A stretch of DNA of 64,000 nucleotides from an uncultured Actinomycetes bacterium (GTDB taxonomy: Bacteria; Actinomycetota; Acidimicrobiia; Spongiisociales; DATADW01): positions 186,001 through 250,000 of the forward strand of contig CAWGRK010000002.1 of assembly GCA_963824995.1 (NCBI GenBank), read 5' to 3'. The position numbers were made by a program, and so were the translations under genes. Below the pieces are notes generated by a model. That model saw only the letters and a list, made by a program, of their open reading frames with translations, ran no database searches and was not told the origin of the DNA. Positions 10,584 to 22,033 of the stretch are shown here, piece by piece. Every line of letters begins with the position of its first letter. Positions within the stretch are counted from its first letter, which is position 1.

Positions 10584-13104
10584 GTGACCACCGGATCGCA
10601 GACGGTATCGATGTTGCCTGCCGAGAGGCTCCACTCGACGTGGTGGCGTCTGCTCACCCTTTGGGGGTTGTTGGGGCTGGGCGTGATCCAGCCCTTGCTC
10701 GACCTCTACGGCAAGAACCCGGAAGTCTTCATCGCAGCCCGTGCCGGAGGTCTGCGCATCGTCATGTTCGTGCTCGTTGTCACGTTGGTCCCGGTCCTGG
10801 TCTTTGGCATCGTGCTTTTCGTCACTGCCCGGTTTGGCCGGCGCATCGGAGACATCGCCTACCGGGTGTTGCTGGCTCTGGCTGCCTTCGTGGCCGCATC
10901 GGCGGTGTTGCACCAGGTCATACCAGGCTCCGACGTGGCCCTCTTGCTGGCGGCGCTGGTCTCCGCCGGAGTCGTGTGGCTCGAGGCAAGAGTGTCATGG
11001 GCCCGATCCTGGTTTCGGATCCTCGCCGTGGTCGCTCTCGCCGCTCCCATCCTCTTTCTTGGTTTCTCCGAAGCTTCCGCCCTGGTTTGGGAGCCGGAGG
11101 CAGAAGTTGATACGTCCGTCTCGATGGACCCGGACACCCCGGTGGTGATCGTGGTCTTCGACGAACTGCCTCTGTCGTCGTTGCTCACCCGAGAGGGTGA
11201 GGTCAACGCCGCCCTCTTTCCCAATTTCGCCCGGCTGGCCGATGGGTCGCATTGGTTCAAGAACGGGCAATCCAACTCGATCGCCACCACTGATAGCGTG
11301 CCGATCCTGCTCACCGGTCGAATCGCCGAAGGGGCTAGGCCAACCTCGCGCGATCACCCCCGCAGCATCTTCACGATGCTCGGGGACCGCTACAAGATGG
11401 ATGTCCAAGAGACCATCACCAGCGTGTGCCCCAGCTCGCTTTGCTCTGTCGAGCGCCGGCTGACCGCGGCAACGGATGACGGCGTCGACGAAATGGCGAT
11501 GTCGGCGATGTTGGCCGATGCCGCGGTCGTGTGGGGCCATCTCACGCAGCCGCCTCTGGTCACCGAAGAATTGCCTGCAATCGACGAGCAGTGGGGCGGT
11601 TTCGTCGGTGGGGGGGCGGGAGGCGGCGAGATCGATGTCTCCGGGCTAACGCTGGCACCGCCCGGGGAACGCCTGGCGTGGGTCGACAAGATGCTCACCG
11701 CCGCCGAGAATCTGGCTGACGCCTCCCCGAACACCCTGCATTACCTGCACGTCGTCGCGCCGCACGTTCCTTGGCAGGCCAACCCGTCGGGCACCCAGTA
11801 CGACCGCCCGGAGGACGTCGGTGCCGCCGTGACCGGGGTCGAGCACGGCTACTGGATCGACGCCCAATCCCGGGCTGCGCAGGGGTTTCAGCGTCACTTG
11901 TTTCAGCTCGGGCTCATTGACCGGCTCTTGGGGCGAATGATCGACGCAATGGATAAGAGCGGGATCTGGGATGACGGCATTTTCGTGGTCACCGCCGATC
12001 ACGGCGGTTCCTTCGTGCCGAACGAGCATCGCCGCTGGACGACGCCAACCAACCTCGACGCCCTGTACCGGGTACCACTGTTCATCCGGGTTCCGGGCCA
12101 AACCGAGGGCCAGGTGCATCACGAAAGCGCGTACGTCATTGACGTCCTTCCGACTCTGGTCGACCTGCTCGACGTCGAGCTCGGTCCGGAGTGGCAGTTC
12201 GAGGGGCAATCGCTCTTCGATCCCGATCTGCCCGCCCAACGACCCCATGCTTTCGATCATTTCATAGGTCATCGTGAGGCACTCGGGGGCACGACGGAAC
12301 GCCTCGATACGGAGGTGGCGACGACATACCAGCTCGTTCCAGATCGAACCAGCTGGGCCGATGTCGCCGCAGTCGGGCCCTACAACGACCTCGTCGGGGA
12401 GGCGTTGGGGGCGCTCGATCCGGTTGAATTTCCGGACGTCGTAGCTGAGTTCGACCAGGCCGAGCAGCTCACCGACCTCGACCCCTCCGCAGGCGTCGTC
12501 CCGACCTTGCTCACCGGGAGGGTGACGACTCCAGACGCGAGCTCTCCCGACGTAATGGTCGCGGTGAATGGAGAGGTGGCTGGGGCCGGCTTCATGGTCC
12601 GTGCCGGTGGGACCACGTCTACGTTCCAGGTCCTGGTGCCCGAGGAGGCCTACCGTTCGGGGGCCAACGAGGTCGTGCTGCTCATCCCCGGATCCGATGA
12701 CGGGTGGATCGCCGCCGGGGAGGGCGCGGTCGCATCGCTGGTGCTGCGCAACGTCGACGGCGACGAGCTGGCGATCACTCCCACAGGGCACGCGCCGGCT
12801 GGTGATCGACCAAAGCGCCGTTGTCGGCGACCAACTTTCGGTGTCCGGGTGGTCGGCGGACCCGACCGAAAAAGTCTTACCCAGCGAAATCCTCGTCTTC
12901 TTCGGAGATGTCCTGGCGTACAGCGGTCCGCTCAACTCGACCCGCACCGACGTGCCGCAATGGTTCGACAGCGAGAAGCTTGCCGAGAGCGGGTTCGACG
13001 TCGAAATCCCAATCGCCGAAATCCCAGAAGGGACGGAACGGGTAACCGTCGTGGCCCGATTCGGCGATGAAGCCATCGTGGAGTACGGCACCATCTCCCG
13101 CTGA
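10584..13104 (+). CDS. Membrane-anchored alkaline-phosphatase-superfamily (sulfatase-like/LtaS-like) protein; frameshift near 12785
   Basis: N-terminal transmembrane helices, VVIVVFDE, PHVPW, VVTADHG and VPLFI motifs. The C-terminus continues in the frame of ORF 12568..13104. Confidence 0.7.
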
Positions 13105-13174
13105 TCGAATGTCCGCCCACGTCCTTGTGGCGCCGGCCGCTGCGTGACGGACCGCTGTAATACTTGACGGCCCC

Positions 13175-14285
13175 ATGATCCACGTCTTCATCGGAACCAA
13201 GGCGCAGTACATCAAGACCGCACCCGTATTGCGCCGGATGGACGAGAGGGGGGTTCCTTACCGGCTCATCGACTCGGGGCAACACGCCCGTCTCAGCGCC
13301 GATCTGCGACGCGAACTCGGCATCCGCCATCCCGACGTGTTGCTCGGTGGCGCAGAAGACGTCGCCTCGATCCCGCAAGCATTTGCTTGGGCCGTCAGGG
13401 TGGCCAGCCGCCTGGTCGCCGGGGGCCGGTTGTTCAACGAGGTGTTCGGCGGAGAGCACGGGGTGGTGGTAGTGCACGGAGACACGCCCTCCACTCTCCT
13501 CTCCACGCTGCTCGCACGGCGGGCCGGGCTTCCCGTGGCCCATCTAGAGGCGGGTCTTCGCTCCGGCCACATGTTCCACCCCTTCCCCGAGGAGATGATC
13601 CGAATTCTGGTGATGCGGTGGAGCCACATCCTCTTCGCCCCCGACGAGGTCGCCGCTTCCCAACTCGAATCGATGCGACTCCGGGGACGTATCGTGAGGC
13701 TCTCGGGCAACACGTCTGTCGAGGCGCTTCGCCATGCCCTCGGCGAGCCGCCCCGACCTGGGAGCGGATCAGCCATCGTCACCACCCACAGGGTGGAGAA
13801 CCTGCATCGGCGCAGCCGAATGGAGGGTCTTGTCCATTCGATTGCGGCGATCGCCGGAACTCGTCCCGTCAGCTTCGTCGTCCACCAGCCCACGGCGGCG
13901 ATTCTCCGGGCCAGAAAACTCGACGCCACGCTGATAGCGGCCGGGGTCGAATTGATGCCCCTCCAGAGTCACGGTGCATTCACCAGGCTGCTGGCGGCGG
14001 CGCCGTTTGTGATAACCGACGGCGGGAGCGTGCAGGAGGAGTGCGCTCTGCTCGGGGTCCCCACCCTGTTATGGCGAGGGCACACCGAGCGTCCCGACGG
14101 TCTCGGCGAAAACGTCGTGATCAGCGGGTACCGAGCCGAGGTTCGTCGATGGGTTCCTGGCCGAACCCGAGCGCTTTAGGCGTGCGCCTCACGCCATTAC
14201 AGCCAAACCGTCCGACGAGATCATCGACTCGCTCCTCGGCGATCAGGTGGTCTCTCAGACGGGACCTTCTGGTTCGACCTTCTGA
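13175..14285 (+). CDS. wecB: UDP-N-acetylglucosamine 2-epimerase; frameshift near 14142
   Basis: GTKAQYIK, SGQH, VHGDT, HLEAGLRS, FPEE, HRVEN and ITDGGSVQEE motifs. The shifted frame runs VDGFLAEPERF...PSDEIIDSL to TGA at 14285. Confidence 0.8.
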
Positions 14286-15172
14286 CCGGACCGCGACATC
14301 GAAGCGAAGATCTCTCCGATTCCAGTGGCGATCAGGTCGCGGACCAGCGTGACCAGCCGGAACCCGGCCACGATGATCGATCCTGCTCCGAGGTCGGCCA
14401 CACCGAGCAGAGCGGCGAGCGTCACCTCGAAGATCCCGATGCCCTGCGGGGCAATGGGCACGACGAAGCCGACCCCCCACGCCACCATGTAAGCCCCCGC
14501 CACCACCAGTGGTGGGCCGGGATCGAGGGTGGGGAAAGCCGCCAGGTAGGCGACGAAGGTGACGCCCGCCCACAGCCAATAGATGGCCGTCCAGCCGACG
14601 AGCACCAGATAGCCCCGCTGGGGGAGATTCATCGGTTCCACCCCGCGGCGATGGGCATACCAGAGGAGTACTCGGTTCACCACGGGGCGGAGGGCCAAGG
14701 CGGCGATGAACGCCCCCACAGGCGCCAGCCACCAGATGCCCCCGGGGAGCCTCCTGTTGGCGGCGAGCAACAGAGTCCCCATCACCATCCCTACCAGAAG
14801 GGGAACGGTCAACTCGAGGGCGGCGACCGTGGTCAGGGCGGGAGTAGGCACTTGGCGGAGTGAGAGCAACGTCGCCCTGCCGGCGGCGTACCAGATCCCA
14901 CCCGGGATCCATCGCGCGAGGAGGCTTCGAGCGGACGCTTCGAGCATGGCGCTGGTCCTCACCGGGCTACCCAGGGCTTCAAGGGCGGTCCTCCAGAATT
15001 GGGAGTTGAGCACGACCAATCCAAAAGAAAGGAGCAGCGAGAGGATCAGGTACCACGGCCGCGCGCTGGCGACCAACTCAACGATCTCGTCCCACCGCGA
15101 GACCACCAGGAAAGTGGCAGCCGCCGTCAGCAAGACGAGGTACACGACCCGAAGGACGCGCATCCAGTTCAT
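14255..15172 (-). CDS. Lysylphosphatidylglycerol-synthase TM-domain (flippase-like) membrane protein
   Basis: ARWIPGGIW and APQGIGIFE motifs; about 8 transmembrane helices. Confidence 0.75.
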   Translation of the reverse strand: MNWMRVLRVVYLVLLTAAATFLVVSRWDEIVELVASARPWYLILSLLLSFGLVVLNSQFWRTALEALGSPVRTSAMLEASARSLLARWIPGGIWYAAGRATLLSLRQVPTPALTTVAALELTVPLLVGMVMGTLLLAANRRLPGGIWWLAPVGAFIAALALRPVVNRVLLWYAHRRGVEPMNLPQRGYLVLVGWTAIYWLWAGVTFVAYLAAFPTLDPGPPLVVAGAYMVAWGVGFVVPIAPQGIGIFEVTLAALLGVADLGAGSIIVAGFRLVTLVRDLIATGIGEIFASMSRSGQKVEPEGPV

Positions 15173-15224
15173 TGCGTCTTGGCGCCGGGCTTTCTGATGT
15201 CGGGCAGCGCCCAGCGGTGGAGCG

Positions 15225-18200
15225 TCACAACAACAGCTTCCGGTCGGCGAGGAGCGGCGTGATCAACTCGGTGAACCGAGCGGCGCGAGCATCGAACGTG
15301 TGATGTTCGCGGACGTATTCCATACCTTGCTGAACCCGCTGCGCCCGTTCACCGGGATCGTCGAGGAGGCGCCGTACCAGGCTCTCCAGATCCTCGGCAT
15401 CGGTGAAGGTGGGGACGGTGGCGCCCACCAAGGCATCGAGACCCTCGACTGGGTCGGAGATGACCAGCGCACCCGATGCCAGTGCATCGAAGATGCGGTT
15501 CGAGATGAACCCGTGGGCTGCCATGTCCGGCCAATGGTCATTGAGGACGATCGATGCGGAGGAGTACAGCGCTGGCAGGTCGTGGTTGGGAACGTACGTT
15601 CCGGCTACGCGGTCGGCGCCGACGATGTCCTCCCAATCGGCTCCGTAGAGGGTCAGCGGCAATCCCCGCTCCACCGCCCATGCCACGGCCGGCCGTCGCT
15701 GACGCCGCGAATTGCCGACGAAGAGAAGGTCAGAGGCCAGCTCCGGGTCGGGTGATGGTTTGAAGAGGTCGGGGTCGGTGGCCTGGAGCATCACCTCGAC
15801 CGGCACGTCGATCTTGTCGCGCAGCAGCCGGGCGAAGGGCTCGGAGGCCACCAGCACCAGGTCGAACCGCTCGCACTCGACCGCCGACACCTCGTCGGGA
15901 TGGCTGATGATCCAGAGCACGTTGAGGTGGGCGCGTTGAGGGGAGTACGGAGTGAGCCCGCGGAGATGAACGACTATGTCGGCGTCCTGTCGCGCCGGAT
16001 CGTCCCATTCGGGGAGGACCGTGATGTCGGTGGCGAACCCGTTGCGGTGCAACGAACGGGCGAAGGCGCGGGCGAAATGGGTGTCGCCCCACTGGTCGGC
16101 GATCGTCCGGTTGGGAGGCCCGATCCGCAACGCCACCTTGGGACGTGTGACGACTTCGTCGGCGGCGGTGACGAACTGGTCGGCGCGCCGCCTGTAGGTG
16201 TGCTCGGCGAGAACCCGTTCCCTCAGATCGGTCACCAATGCGGTGCGGGCATCGTCGTCAGCCAGGTAGAGGTCGAGGGCGGCGCGGAGTTCCCGAGTGG
16301 TCGTTGCCGCCGGGAGCCGGCTGTCGAAGAACTCAGCGGATCCTTCCGGGTTGTCGGTGATGACAAGTGCGCCTGTGGCCAGAGCGTCGAACACCCTGGA
16401 GTTGAGTGCGGGGACGTTGGGTTCCGCGGTGTCATCGAGGATCACCGGGGTCGAGCTGTACAGGTGGGGGAGCCGGCTGTAGGGCAGCGGGCCACGAAGG
16501 TACGGCTTCGCCTCGGCCACCCCTTCCCACCGGCTCCCATAAATGCGGAAGTCCTCGTCCGGCCGGACCTCGAGCCGCTCCAGCAACGGCCGATCCACAT
16601 CCCAGTGGTTGCCGGTGAATGCGAAATCGGCTGCCAGGTCCGGGTCGACCGTGACCCTGCTGAAACGCTCCGGGTTGGTGGCGAGGGGCAGGACCAGCGT
16701 CGGGACGCTGCTGCGCGCTTCCACCCGTCGGGCGAAGGCGGTCGTGGCGCACACCGCCAGGTCGTAGCGCTCGAACGAGTCGTTCTCGATCCATCTGTCC
16801 ACCCAGTTCCGGATCCAGGCGATGCGGACCGCACCATGTGGCGCCCGATCGAGGTCGAACTGGGGGAGAAGGGAGATGAGGAGCGCCAGATCGTCCCCTA
16901 ATTGGTACCACCGGTCACGGAGACGCGGTGCGTACTCCACGCTCCATTCGATCAACCCCAGGGCATTGCCCAACTCGTGGGCGGTATACCAGTCGCCGAA
17001 CCCGGCGGCTGGGTCCTCGTTGGTGACCGTGATGGCAGCACTTGGTGAAGTGCTCGTCGTCCAGAACCCGCCACCATGCAGGCGGTCGAGCCGAAGGGTG
17101 CGGGAGAGACGTGGCGACCAGCGCTGGGCAAACTGCCGCCTGTTCCACAGGTAATTGAGCCGTCGGACCTCGTTGCCCAGGGTGTCCTGTGTCCCGAACT
17201 CGTGGTGGAACAGTGCGGCGTCGCCACTGACCACCGTGGCGAGCCCGAGATCCCGGAGAGATAGACACAGATCGACGTCCTCCCAGCCGTAGAGGTACTC
17301 CTCGGCAAGGCCGCCGATCTGCTCGAGCGTGGCGCGCCGAACCAGCAGGCATGCGGCGGTGGCGGCGGGTTGCTCGATCAGACCGGTGAGCTCGGAAGAG
17401 GTTGGGTCCTCTCCCCGTCCCAGGTTGACCGGCCGTGGAGCATGCTCGTCCCAGCCGAAGGCGATCCCGCGGTGCTGGACGGTGAGGTCGAGATCAGAAG
17501 CAGCCGTCGATTTGCGCGCCGGGTAGATGAGGAGTGCGCCGCAGGCACCGCGCTCGGGGTTCTCCTCCAGAGCCGTCACCATCGCCCCCAGCCACCCATG
17601 GTTGACCGGATCGACGTCGTTGTTGAGCAGGAGGACGTACTCGCCCGCCGACACCTCGATGCCCTGGTTGCACGACCGGGAGAAGCTGGCGTTGGTGGTG
17701 TTGGTGACAACCGCAACTGGAAATGAATGCGTCTGCTCCAGTAGTTCGGCCGTCCCATCGTCCGAGGCGTTGTCGACGACGACCAGTTCGAACGATCGGT
17801 AATGGGTCCTGTGCTCGAGTCCACCGAGCAATCGTTCGAGGTGATGCCGTCCGTTCCTTGTGGGGACCACGATCGAGACCAGCGGGCCCTCGCTCTGTCC
17901 TGGCTCCTGTCGGAGAGCGAGGATGGCGGCCGTCGTTCCCTCTGGGTCGAGACGGCGCCGCTTCAGTCTCATGCCGGGTTCGAGGCGTCGTCGGGCCGCC
18001 GCCAACGGCTTGGTCATCTCCGCCGCCCTGAGCGCAAGCCGCACCGACTTCCTCGCTTGGAGGCGGCGCAGCGTGTCGGATGTCTGGTCGAGGCGCCGGC
18101 GGAGATCGTCCACCGAGGCGAGCCGCAGCCCCAGCCACTCGACGCTGCGCCGCACGTCCCGCAGCCGGGAGCTCAGGCCTGCGGCGCGGTCGGCGGCATC

Positions 18201-18332
18201 GGCGTCTCCCCTGGCCACCGACAGCGCCACCTCGTCGGCCTGCCTGACCACCGCGGCGAGTTCCTCGAGGACGATCTCGAGCGGTCCGGTGGGACGGGGA
18301 TGCCTCGAACCCTCGGGGCCGTGGGTGGTCAC
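15225..18332 (-). CDS. Multidomain glycosyltransferase: coiled coil, GT2 and two CgeB-like GT-B domains
   Basis: VSIVVPTRNG, VVDNASDDGT and LLNNDV (GT2). Two GD..A / F.GN / NSRVFDALA or SNRIFDALA / EHTY or HHTF modules follow. Confidence 0.8.
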   Translation of the reverse strand: MTTHGPEGSRHPRPTGPLEIVLEELAAVVRQADEVALSVARGDADAADRAAGLSSRLRDVRRSVEWLGLRLASVDDLRRRLDQTSDTLRRLQARKSVRLALRAAEMTKPLAAARRRLEPGMRLKRRRLDPEGTTAAILALRQEPGQSEGPLVSIVVPTRNGRHHLERLLGGLEHRTHYRSFELVVVDNASDDGTAELLEQTHSFPVAVVTNTTNASFSRSCNQGIEVSAGEYVLLLNNDVDPVNHGWLGAMVTALEENPERGACGALLIYPARKSTAASDLDLTVQHRGIAFGWDEHAPRPVNLGRGEDPTSSELTGLIEQPAATAACLLVRRATLEQIGGLAEEYLYGWEDVDLCLSLRDLGLATVVSGDAALFHHEFGTQDTLGNEVRRLNYLWNRRQFAQRWSPRLSRTLRLDRLHGGGFWTTSTSPSAAITVTNEDPAAGFGDWYTAHELGNALGLIEWSVEYAPRLRDRWYQLGDDLALLISLLPQFDLDRAPHGAVRIAWIRNWVDRWIENDSFERYDLAVCATTAFARRVEARSSVPTLVLPLATNPERFSRVTVDPDLAADFAFTGNHWDVDRPLLERLEVRPDEDFRIYGSRWEGVAEAKPYLRGPLPYSRLPHLYSSTPVILDDTAEPNVPALNSRVFDALATGALVITDNPEGSAEFFDSRLPAATTTRELRAALDLYLADDDARTALVTDLRERVLAEHTYRRRADQFVTAADEVVTRPKVALRIGPPNRTIADQWGDTHFARAFARSLHRNGFATDITVLPEWDDPARQDADIVVHLRGLTPYSPQRAHLNVLWIISHPDEVSAVECERFDLVLVASEPFARLLRDKIDVPVEVMLQATDPDLFKPSPDPELASDLLFVGNSRRQRRPAVAWAVERGLPLTLYGADWEDIVGADRVAGTYVPNHDLPALYSSASIVLNDHWPDMAAHGFISNRIFDALASGALVISDPVEGLDALVGATVPTFTDAEDLESLVRRLLDDPGERAQRVQQGMEYVREHHTFDARAARFTELITPLLADRKLLL

Positions 18333-18451
18333 GCACGAGATGGTAGGAGGGGCGACTTCCCCGACGGGTCATCGCACGATCGATCGTTATTGGCGCTGAC
18401 GTCACATTGACAAGCTCCTTTTGGCGCCGGCCGCGGGCTTATCCTGCGCCG

Positions 18452-19033
18452 GTGTCCGCCCGAATCGGGGCGACGTCGACCGGCGTGTCCGTCGTCCCCA
18501 CCTCGATACCCGATGTGCTCGTAATCGATCCCGAGGTGCGCGGCGACGAGCGCGGGTTCTTTGTGGAGACATGGAACGCCAGGACATTCCACGCCGCCAC
18601 CGGGTTGGAGCGGACATTCGTCCAGGACAACCACTCCCGGTCAAGCCAGATGGTGCTGCGGGGCCTCCATTATCAGATCGCCCAACCCCAGGGGAAGCTG
18701 CTACGCGTCGTGGTGGGAGCGGTCTTCGATGTGGCCGTAGATCTGCGGCGCTCGTCGCCGACCTTCGGTAAATGGGTCGGGGTCGAGCTGTCTGCCGAGA
18801 ACCACCGCCAGGTGTGGGTTCCTGAAGGCTTTGGACACGGCTTCCTGGTGGTCTCCCCCTCGGCCGACATCCTCTACAAGGCGACCGACTTCTACTCCCC
18901 GGAGAGCGAGCGGACCCTGGCGTGGGATGACCCGGAGGTCTCCATCGATTGGCCGCTCGGGGGTCGCGAGCCCATACTGTCGGCCAAGGACAAGATGGGC
19001 AGCCCGCTGACTGCCGCCGATGTCTTCCCCTGA
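18452..19033 (+). CDS. rfbC: dTDP-4-dehydrorhamnose 3,5-epimerase
   Basis: DERGFF, QDNHSRS, LRGLHYQ, QGKL, DVAVDLRRSSPTFG and GFGHGF motifs. TATCCT lies 6 nt before GTG 18452. Confidence 0.95.
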   Translation: MSARIGATSTGVSVVPTSIPDVLVIDPEVRGDERGFFVETWNARTFHAATGLERTFVQDNHSRSSQMVLRGLHYQIAQPQGKLLRVVVGAVFDVAVDLRRSSPTFGKWVGVELSAENHRQVWVPEGFGHGFLVVSPSADILYKATDFYSPESERTLAWDDPEVSIDWPLGGREPILSAKDKMGSPLTAADVFP

Positions 19034-19045
19034 TCGAAGGTACCA

Positions 19046-20014
19046 ATGTCGCGTCGTTTCCTGGTGACTGGAGGAGCCGGGTTCATCGGCTCCAACTTCA
19101 TCCGGCATCTCCTCGTTGCCGACCCGGACGCCCATGTCACCAACCTGGATCTGCTCACCTATGCCGGGGTGAAGACGACGGTCGACGAACTCGATCTCTC
19201 GCCCAGGCACGACTTCATCCAGGGCGACATACGCGATGCCGAATTGATCGAGGCGGTGGTGCCTGGTCACGACGTGGTGGTCAACTTCGCCGCCGAGTCC
19301 CACGTGGACCGCTCCATCGAGGGACCGTCGGTTTTCCTCGAGACCAACGTCGTGGGGACTGGCGTCCTCCTGGATGCCGCCCGCCGCCACCGTGTGCCGA
19401 CCTTCATCCAGGTTTCGACCGACGAGGTCTACGGGTCGATCGCCGAGGGCTTCGCCACCGAGGAGGACAAGCTCGACCCTTCATCTCCCTACTCGTCTTC
19501 GAAGGCGGCCGCCGACCTGCTCGTCCGTTCCTACGCCACCACCTACGGGTATCACGCGATCATCACCCGCTGCACCAACAATTACGGGCCCTATCAGTTC
19601 CCCGAGAAGGTGATCCCGCTATTCGTCACCAATCTCCTCGCCGGGCAGAAGGTGCCGCTCTACGGCGATGGCGGGAACGAGCGGGATTGGTTGCACGTCG
19701 AGGATCACTGTGCTGCCATCCATCTCATTGTCGAACGGGGAGTCCCGGGGGAGTTGTACAACGTCGGGGCCGAGGCGCAGGTGACCAACCTCGATCTCAC
19801 AAGACGCATCCTGGCGATCATGGAGTTCGATGAGTCGATGATCGAGTACGTCGAGGACCGCCCCGGTCATGACCGCCGCTACGCCCTCGATTCCTCCAAG
19901 ACGCGGGCGCTCGGATGGGCACCGATGCATACGCTCGAGCAGCGCCTCGCCGAGACAGTCGAGTGGTACCGCGCCCGCCGCGACTGGTGGGAACCGATGC
20001 GCGGGGATTCATGA
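19046..20014 (+). CDS. rfbB: dTDP-glucose 4,6-dehydratase
   Basis: GGAGFIGSNF, AAESHVDRSI, STDEVYG, YSSSK, YGPYQFPEK and DRPGHDRRY motifs. Confidence 0.95.
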   Translation: MSRRFLVTGGAGFIGSNFIRHLLVADPDAHVTNLDLLTYAGVKTTVDELDLSPRHDFIQGDIRDAELIEAVVPGHDVVVNFAAESHVDRSIEGPSVFLETNVVGTGVLLDAARRHRVPTFIQVSTDEVYGSIAEGFATEEDKLDPSSPYSSSKAAADLLVRSYATTYGYHAIITRCTNNYGPYQFPEKVIPLFVTNLLAGQKVPLYGDGGNERDWLHVEDHCAAIHLIVERGVPGELYNVGAEAQVTNLDLTRRILAIMEFDESMIEYVEDRPGHDRRYALDSSKTRALGWAPMHTLEQRLAETVEWYRARRDWWEPMRGDS

Positions 20015-20021
20015 TCGACGT

Positions 20022-20114
20022 GTTGGGAGTTCACCAGGCCCCCCACCCGCTGCTCCGCAGCGGGTCCCTTCCCTCGTGCGGTGGGACGGAGAGGTCCGTC
20101 GTCCGCCGTCCGGC
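20022..20114 (+). repeat. Intergenic palindromic repeat copy 1 plus heptamer tail
   Basis: GTTGGGAGTT...ACCCGCTGC-TCC-GCAGCGGGT (20045-20065)-CCCTTCCCTC matches 48475-48545. Followed by GTCCGTC GTCCGCC GTCCGGC at 20094-20114. Confidence 0.85.
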
Positions 20115-20132
20115 GCCACCGGAGGTGGCGCC

Positions 20133-21194
20133 ATGAAGGGCGTAGTCCTTTCCGGTGGAGCAGGGACCCGGCTGCGGCCCATCACATTCTCGATGGCCAA
20201 GCAACTAGTGCCGGTGGGCAACAAGCCGATCCTGTTCTACGGGTTGGAGGACATCGCCTCTGCCGGGGTGAAGGAAGTCGGGATCGTCATTTCGCCGGAG
20301 ACGGGTGACGAGATCCGGAAGGCGGTCGGAGATGGCACGCGATTCGGACTTACCGAGGTCGAGTACATAGTTCAGGACCGACCCGCAGGGCTGGCTCATG
20401 CTCTGAAGACGGCTCTTCCCTGGGTAGCCGGCGACGACGTCCTCATGTATCTCGGGGACAACCTGCTCAAGCCGGGAGTGGCCAAGATCGTGGCCGACTT
20501 CGAGCGGGACCGACCCAACTGCCAGATCCTGCTCACTTCGGTACCGAACCCGGGCGCATTCGGGGTCGCCGAGGTGGATGAGCAGGGTCGGGTGGTGAGA
20601 TTGGTGGAGAAGCCCAAAGAACCCCCCTCCGACCTGGCACTTGTCGGGGTCTACCTGTTCGATTCGGGGATCGCTGACGCGGTCGATGCGATCGTCCCGT
20701 CTGCCCGGGGCGAGCTCGAGATCACCGATGCCATCCAATGGCTGGTGGAGAACGGGCGCGACGTCCGCCACAGCGTGGTCCGCGGGTGGTGGAAGGACAC
20801 CGGTAGGAAAGAGGACCTGCTCCACGCCAACGAGTTGCTGTTGACCAACCTGACCGACGACATCCGTGGTGAACTTGTCGGTTCCACGATTCGCGGTGCC
20901 GTCCAGGTAGCAGAGCGCTCCAGGCTGGTCGACTGTGTCGTGACCGGGCCCGCAGTCATCGGCTCCGGTGTCAGCCTCACCCGGGTCACCGTCGGGCCGA
21001 ACACCTCGATCGGTGACCAGTGCCGCCTGTCGGACGCCGCCGTCGAGGACTCGATCATCATGAATGGTGCCGAGGTCCATGGCTGGCGGATCAGGAATTC
21101 GCTGCTGGGTCGCGACAGCCACCTTCATGGGAACGCACCATCCGGCTTCGTCGAGATGACACTGGGCGAGAAGTCGGAGATCTTCGGCGAGTGA
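20133..21194 (+). CDS. rfbA: Glucose-1-phosphate thymidylyltransferase (long form)
   Basis: GGAGGT RBS. GGAGTRLRPIT, KQLVPV, YLGDN, EKP, RGELEITDA and WKDTG motifs, with a C-terminal hexapeptide-like region. Confidence 0.92.
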   Translation: MKGVVLSGGAGTRLRPITFSMAKQLVPVGNKPILFYGLEDIASAGVKEVGIVISPETGDEIRKAVGDGTRFGLTEVEYIVQDRPAGLAHALKTALPWVAGDDVLMYLGDNLLKPGVAKIVADFERDRPNCQILLTSVPNPGAFGVAEVDEQGRVVRLVEKPKEPPSDLALVGVYLFDSGIADAVDAIVPSARGELEITDAIQWLVENGRDVRHSVVRGWWKDTGRKEDLLHANELLLTNLTDDIRGELVGSTIRGAVQVAERSRLVDCVVTGPAVIGSGVSLTRVTVGPNTSIGDQCRLSDAAVEDSIIMNGAEVHGWRIRNSLLGRDSHLHGNAPSGFVEMTLGEKSEIFGE

Positions 21195-22030
21195 TCGTCG
21201 TAACCGGTGCCGGTGGGCAACTCGGCGCCGCATTTCGCAAGTCGATCCCCGACGCGGAGTTCCTCACCCGGGCAGACCTGGATCTGTCGCACCCCGAACT
21301 GGTGCGAGAGACGCTCGACGAGATCCGGCCGGACACGATCGTCAACTGCGCCGCCTACACGGCGGTGGATCGCGCCGAGGAGGAACCCGATCTCGCTCGG
21401 ACGGTCAACGCCACCGCCGTCGGCGAACTGGCCCGGTGGTCGGACGGCAACGGGGCGCGGCTCGTCACCTTCTCCACGGACTACGTGTTCCCCGGGACCG
21501 GGACCAGGCCATACGTGGAGAGCGACCACACCGCCCCGATCAACGCCTACGGGTGGTCGAAGCTCGAAGGGGAGGAAGCGGCGCTCTCTCATCGGGGCGT
21601 TCTCGTGATCAGGACCTCCTGGGTGGTCTCAGCCACCCACCCGAATTTCGTCGCCACGATCATCCGCAATGCCAGGGAACGAGTGCTCCGGGTGGTGGAT
21701 GACCAGAGGGGATGCCCCACCATCGCCGACGACCTGGCGGCTGCGACTCTCCGAGCGCTCGAAGCCGGGGCGACCGGTCTGCTTCACCTCACCAACCAGG
21801 GTGAGACCACATGGTTCGAGTTCGCCCGGGAAGCGGTGAGCCTCTCCGGTCTCGATCCGACACGAGTATCCCCGATCGGGACCGAGAAGTACCCGACCCC
21901 GGCGCGCCGTCCTGCCTACTCGGTCCTGGGTTCAGAGCGACTCGAGGACCTGGGTATCGAACCCCTCCCGCCCTGGCGTGAATCGCTTCCCGCCGTTGTT
22001 GAGGGTCTGGTGGCGACAGGCTTGGCGTGA
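21191..22030 (+). CDS. rfbD: dTDP-4-dehydrorhamnose reductase
   Basis: GTGA overlap with rfbA. TGAGGQLG, NCAAYTAVDRAE, STDYVF, YGWSKLEGE, VVDDQRG and RPAYS motifs. Confidence 0.93.
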   Translation: MIVVTGAGGQLGAAFRKSIPDAEFLTRADLDLSHPELVRETLDEIRPDTIVNCAAYTAVDRAEEEPDLARTVNATAVGELARWSDGNGARLVTFSTDYVFPGTGTRPYVESDHTAPINAYGWSKLEGEEAALSHRGVLVIRTSWVVSATHPNFVATIIRNARERVLRVVDDQRGCPTIADDLAAATLRALEAGATGLLHLTNQGETTWFEFAREAVSLSGLDPTRVSPIGTEKYPTPARRPAYSVLGSERLEDLGIEPLPPWRESLPAVVEGLVATGLA

Positions 22031-22033
22031 ATA

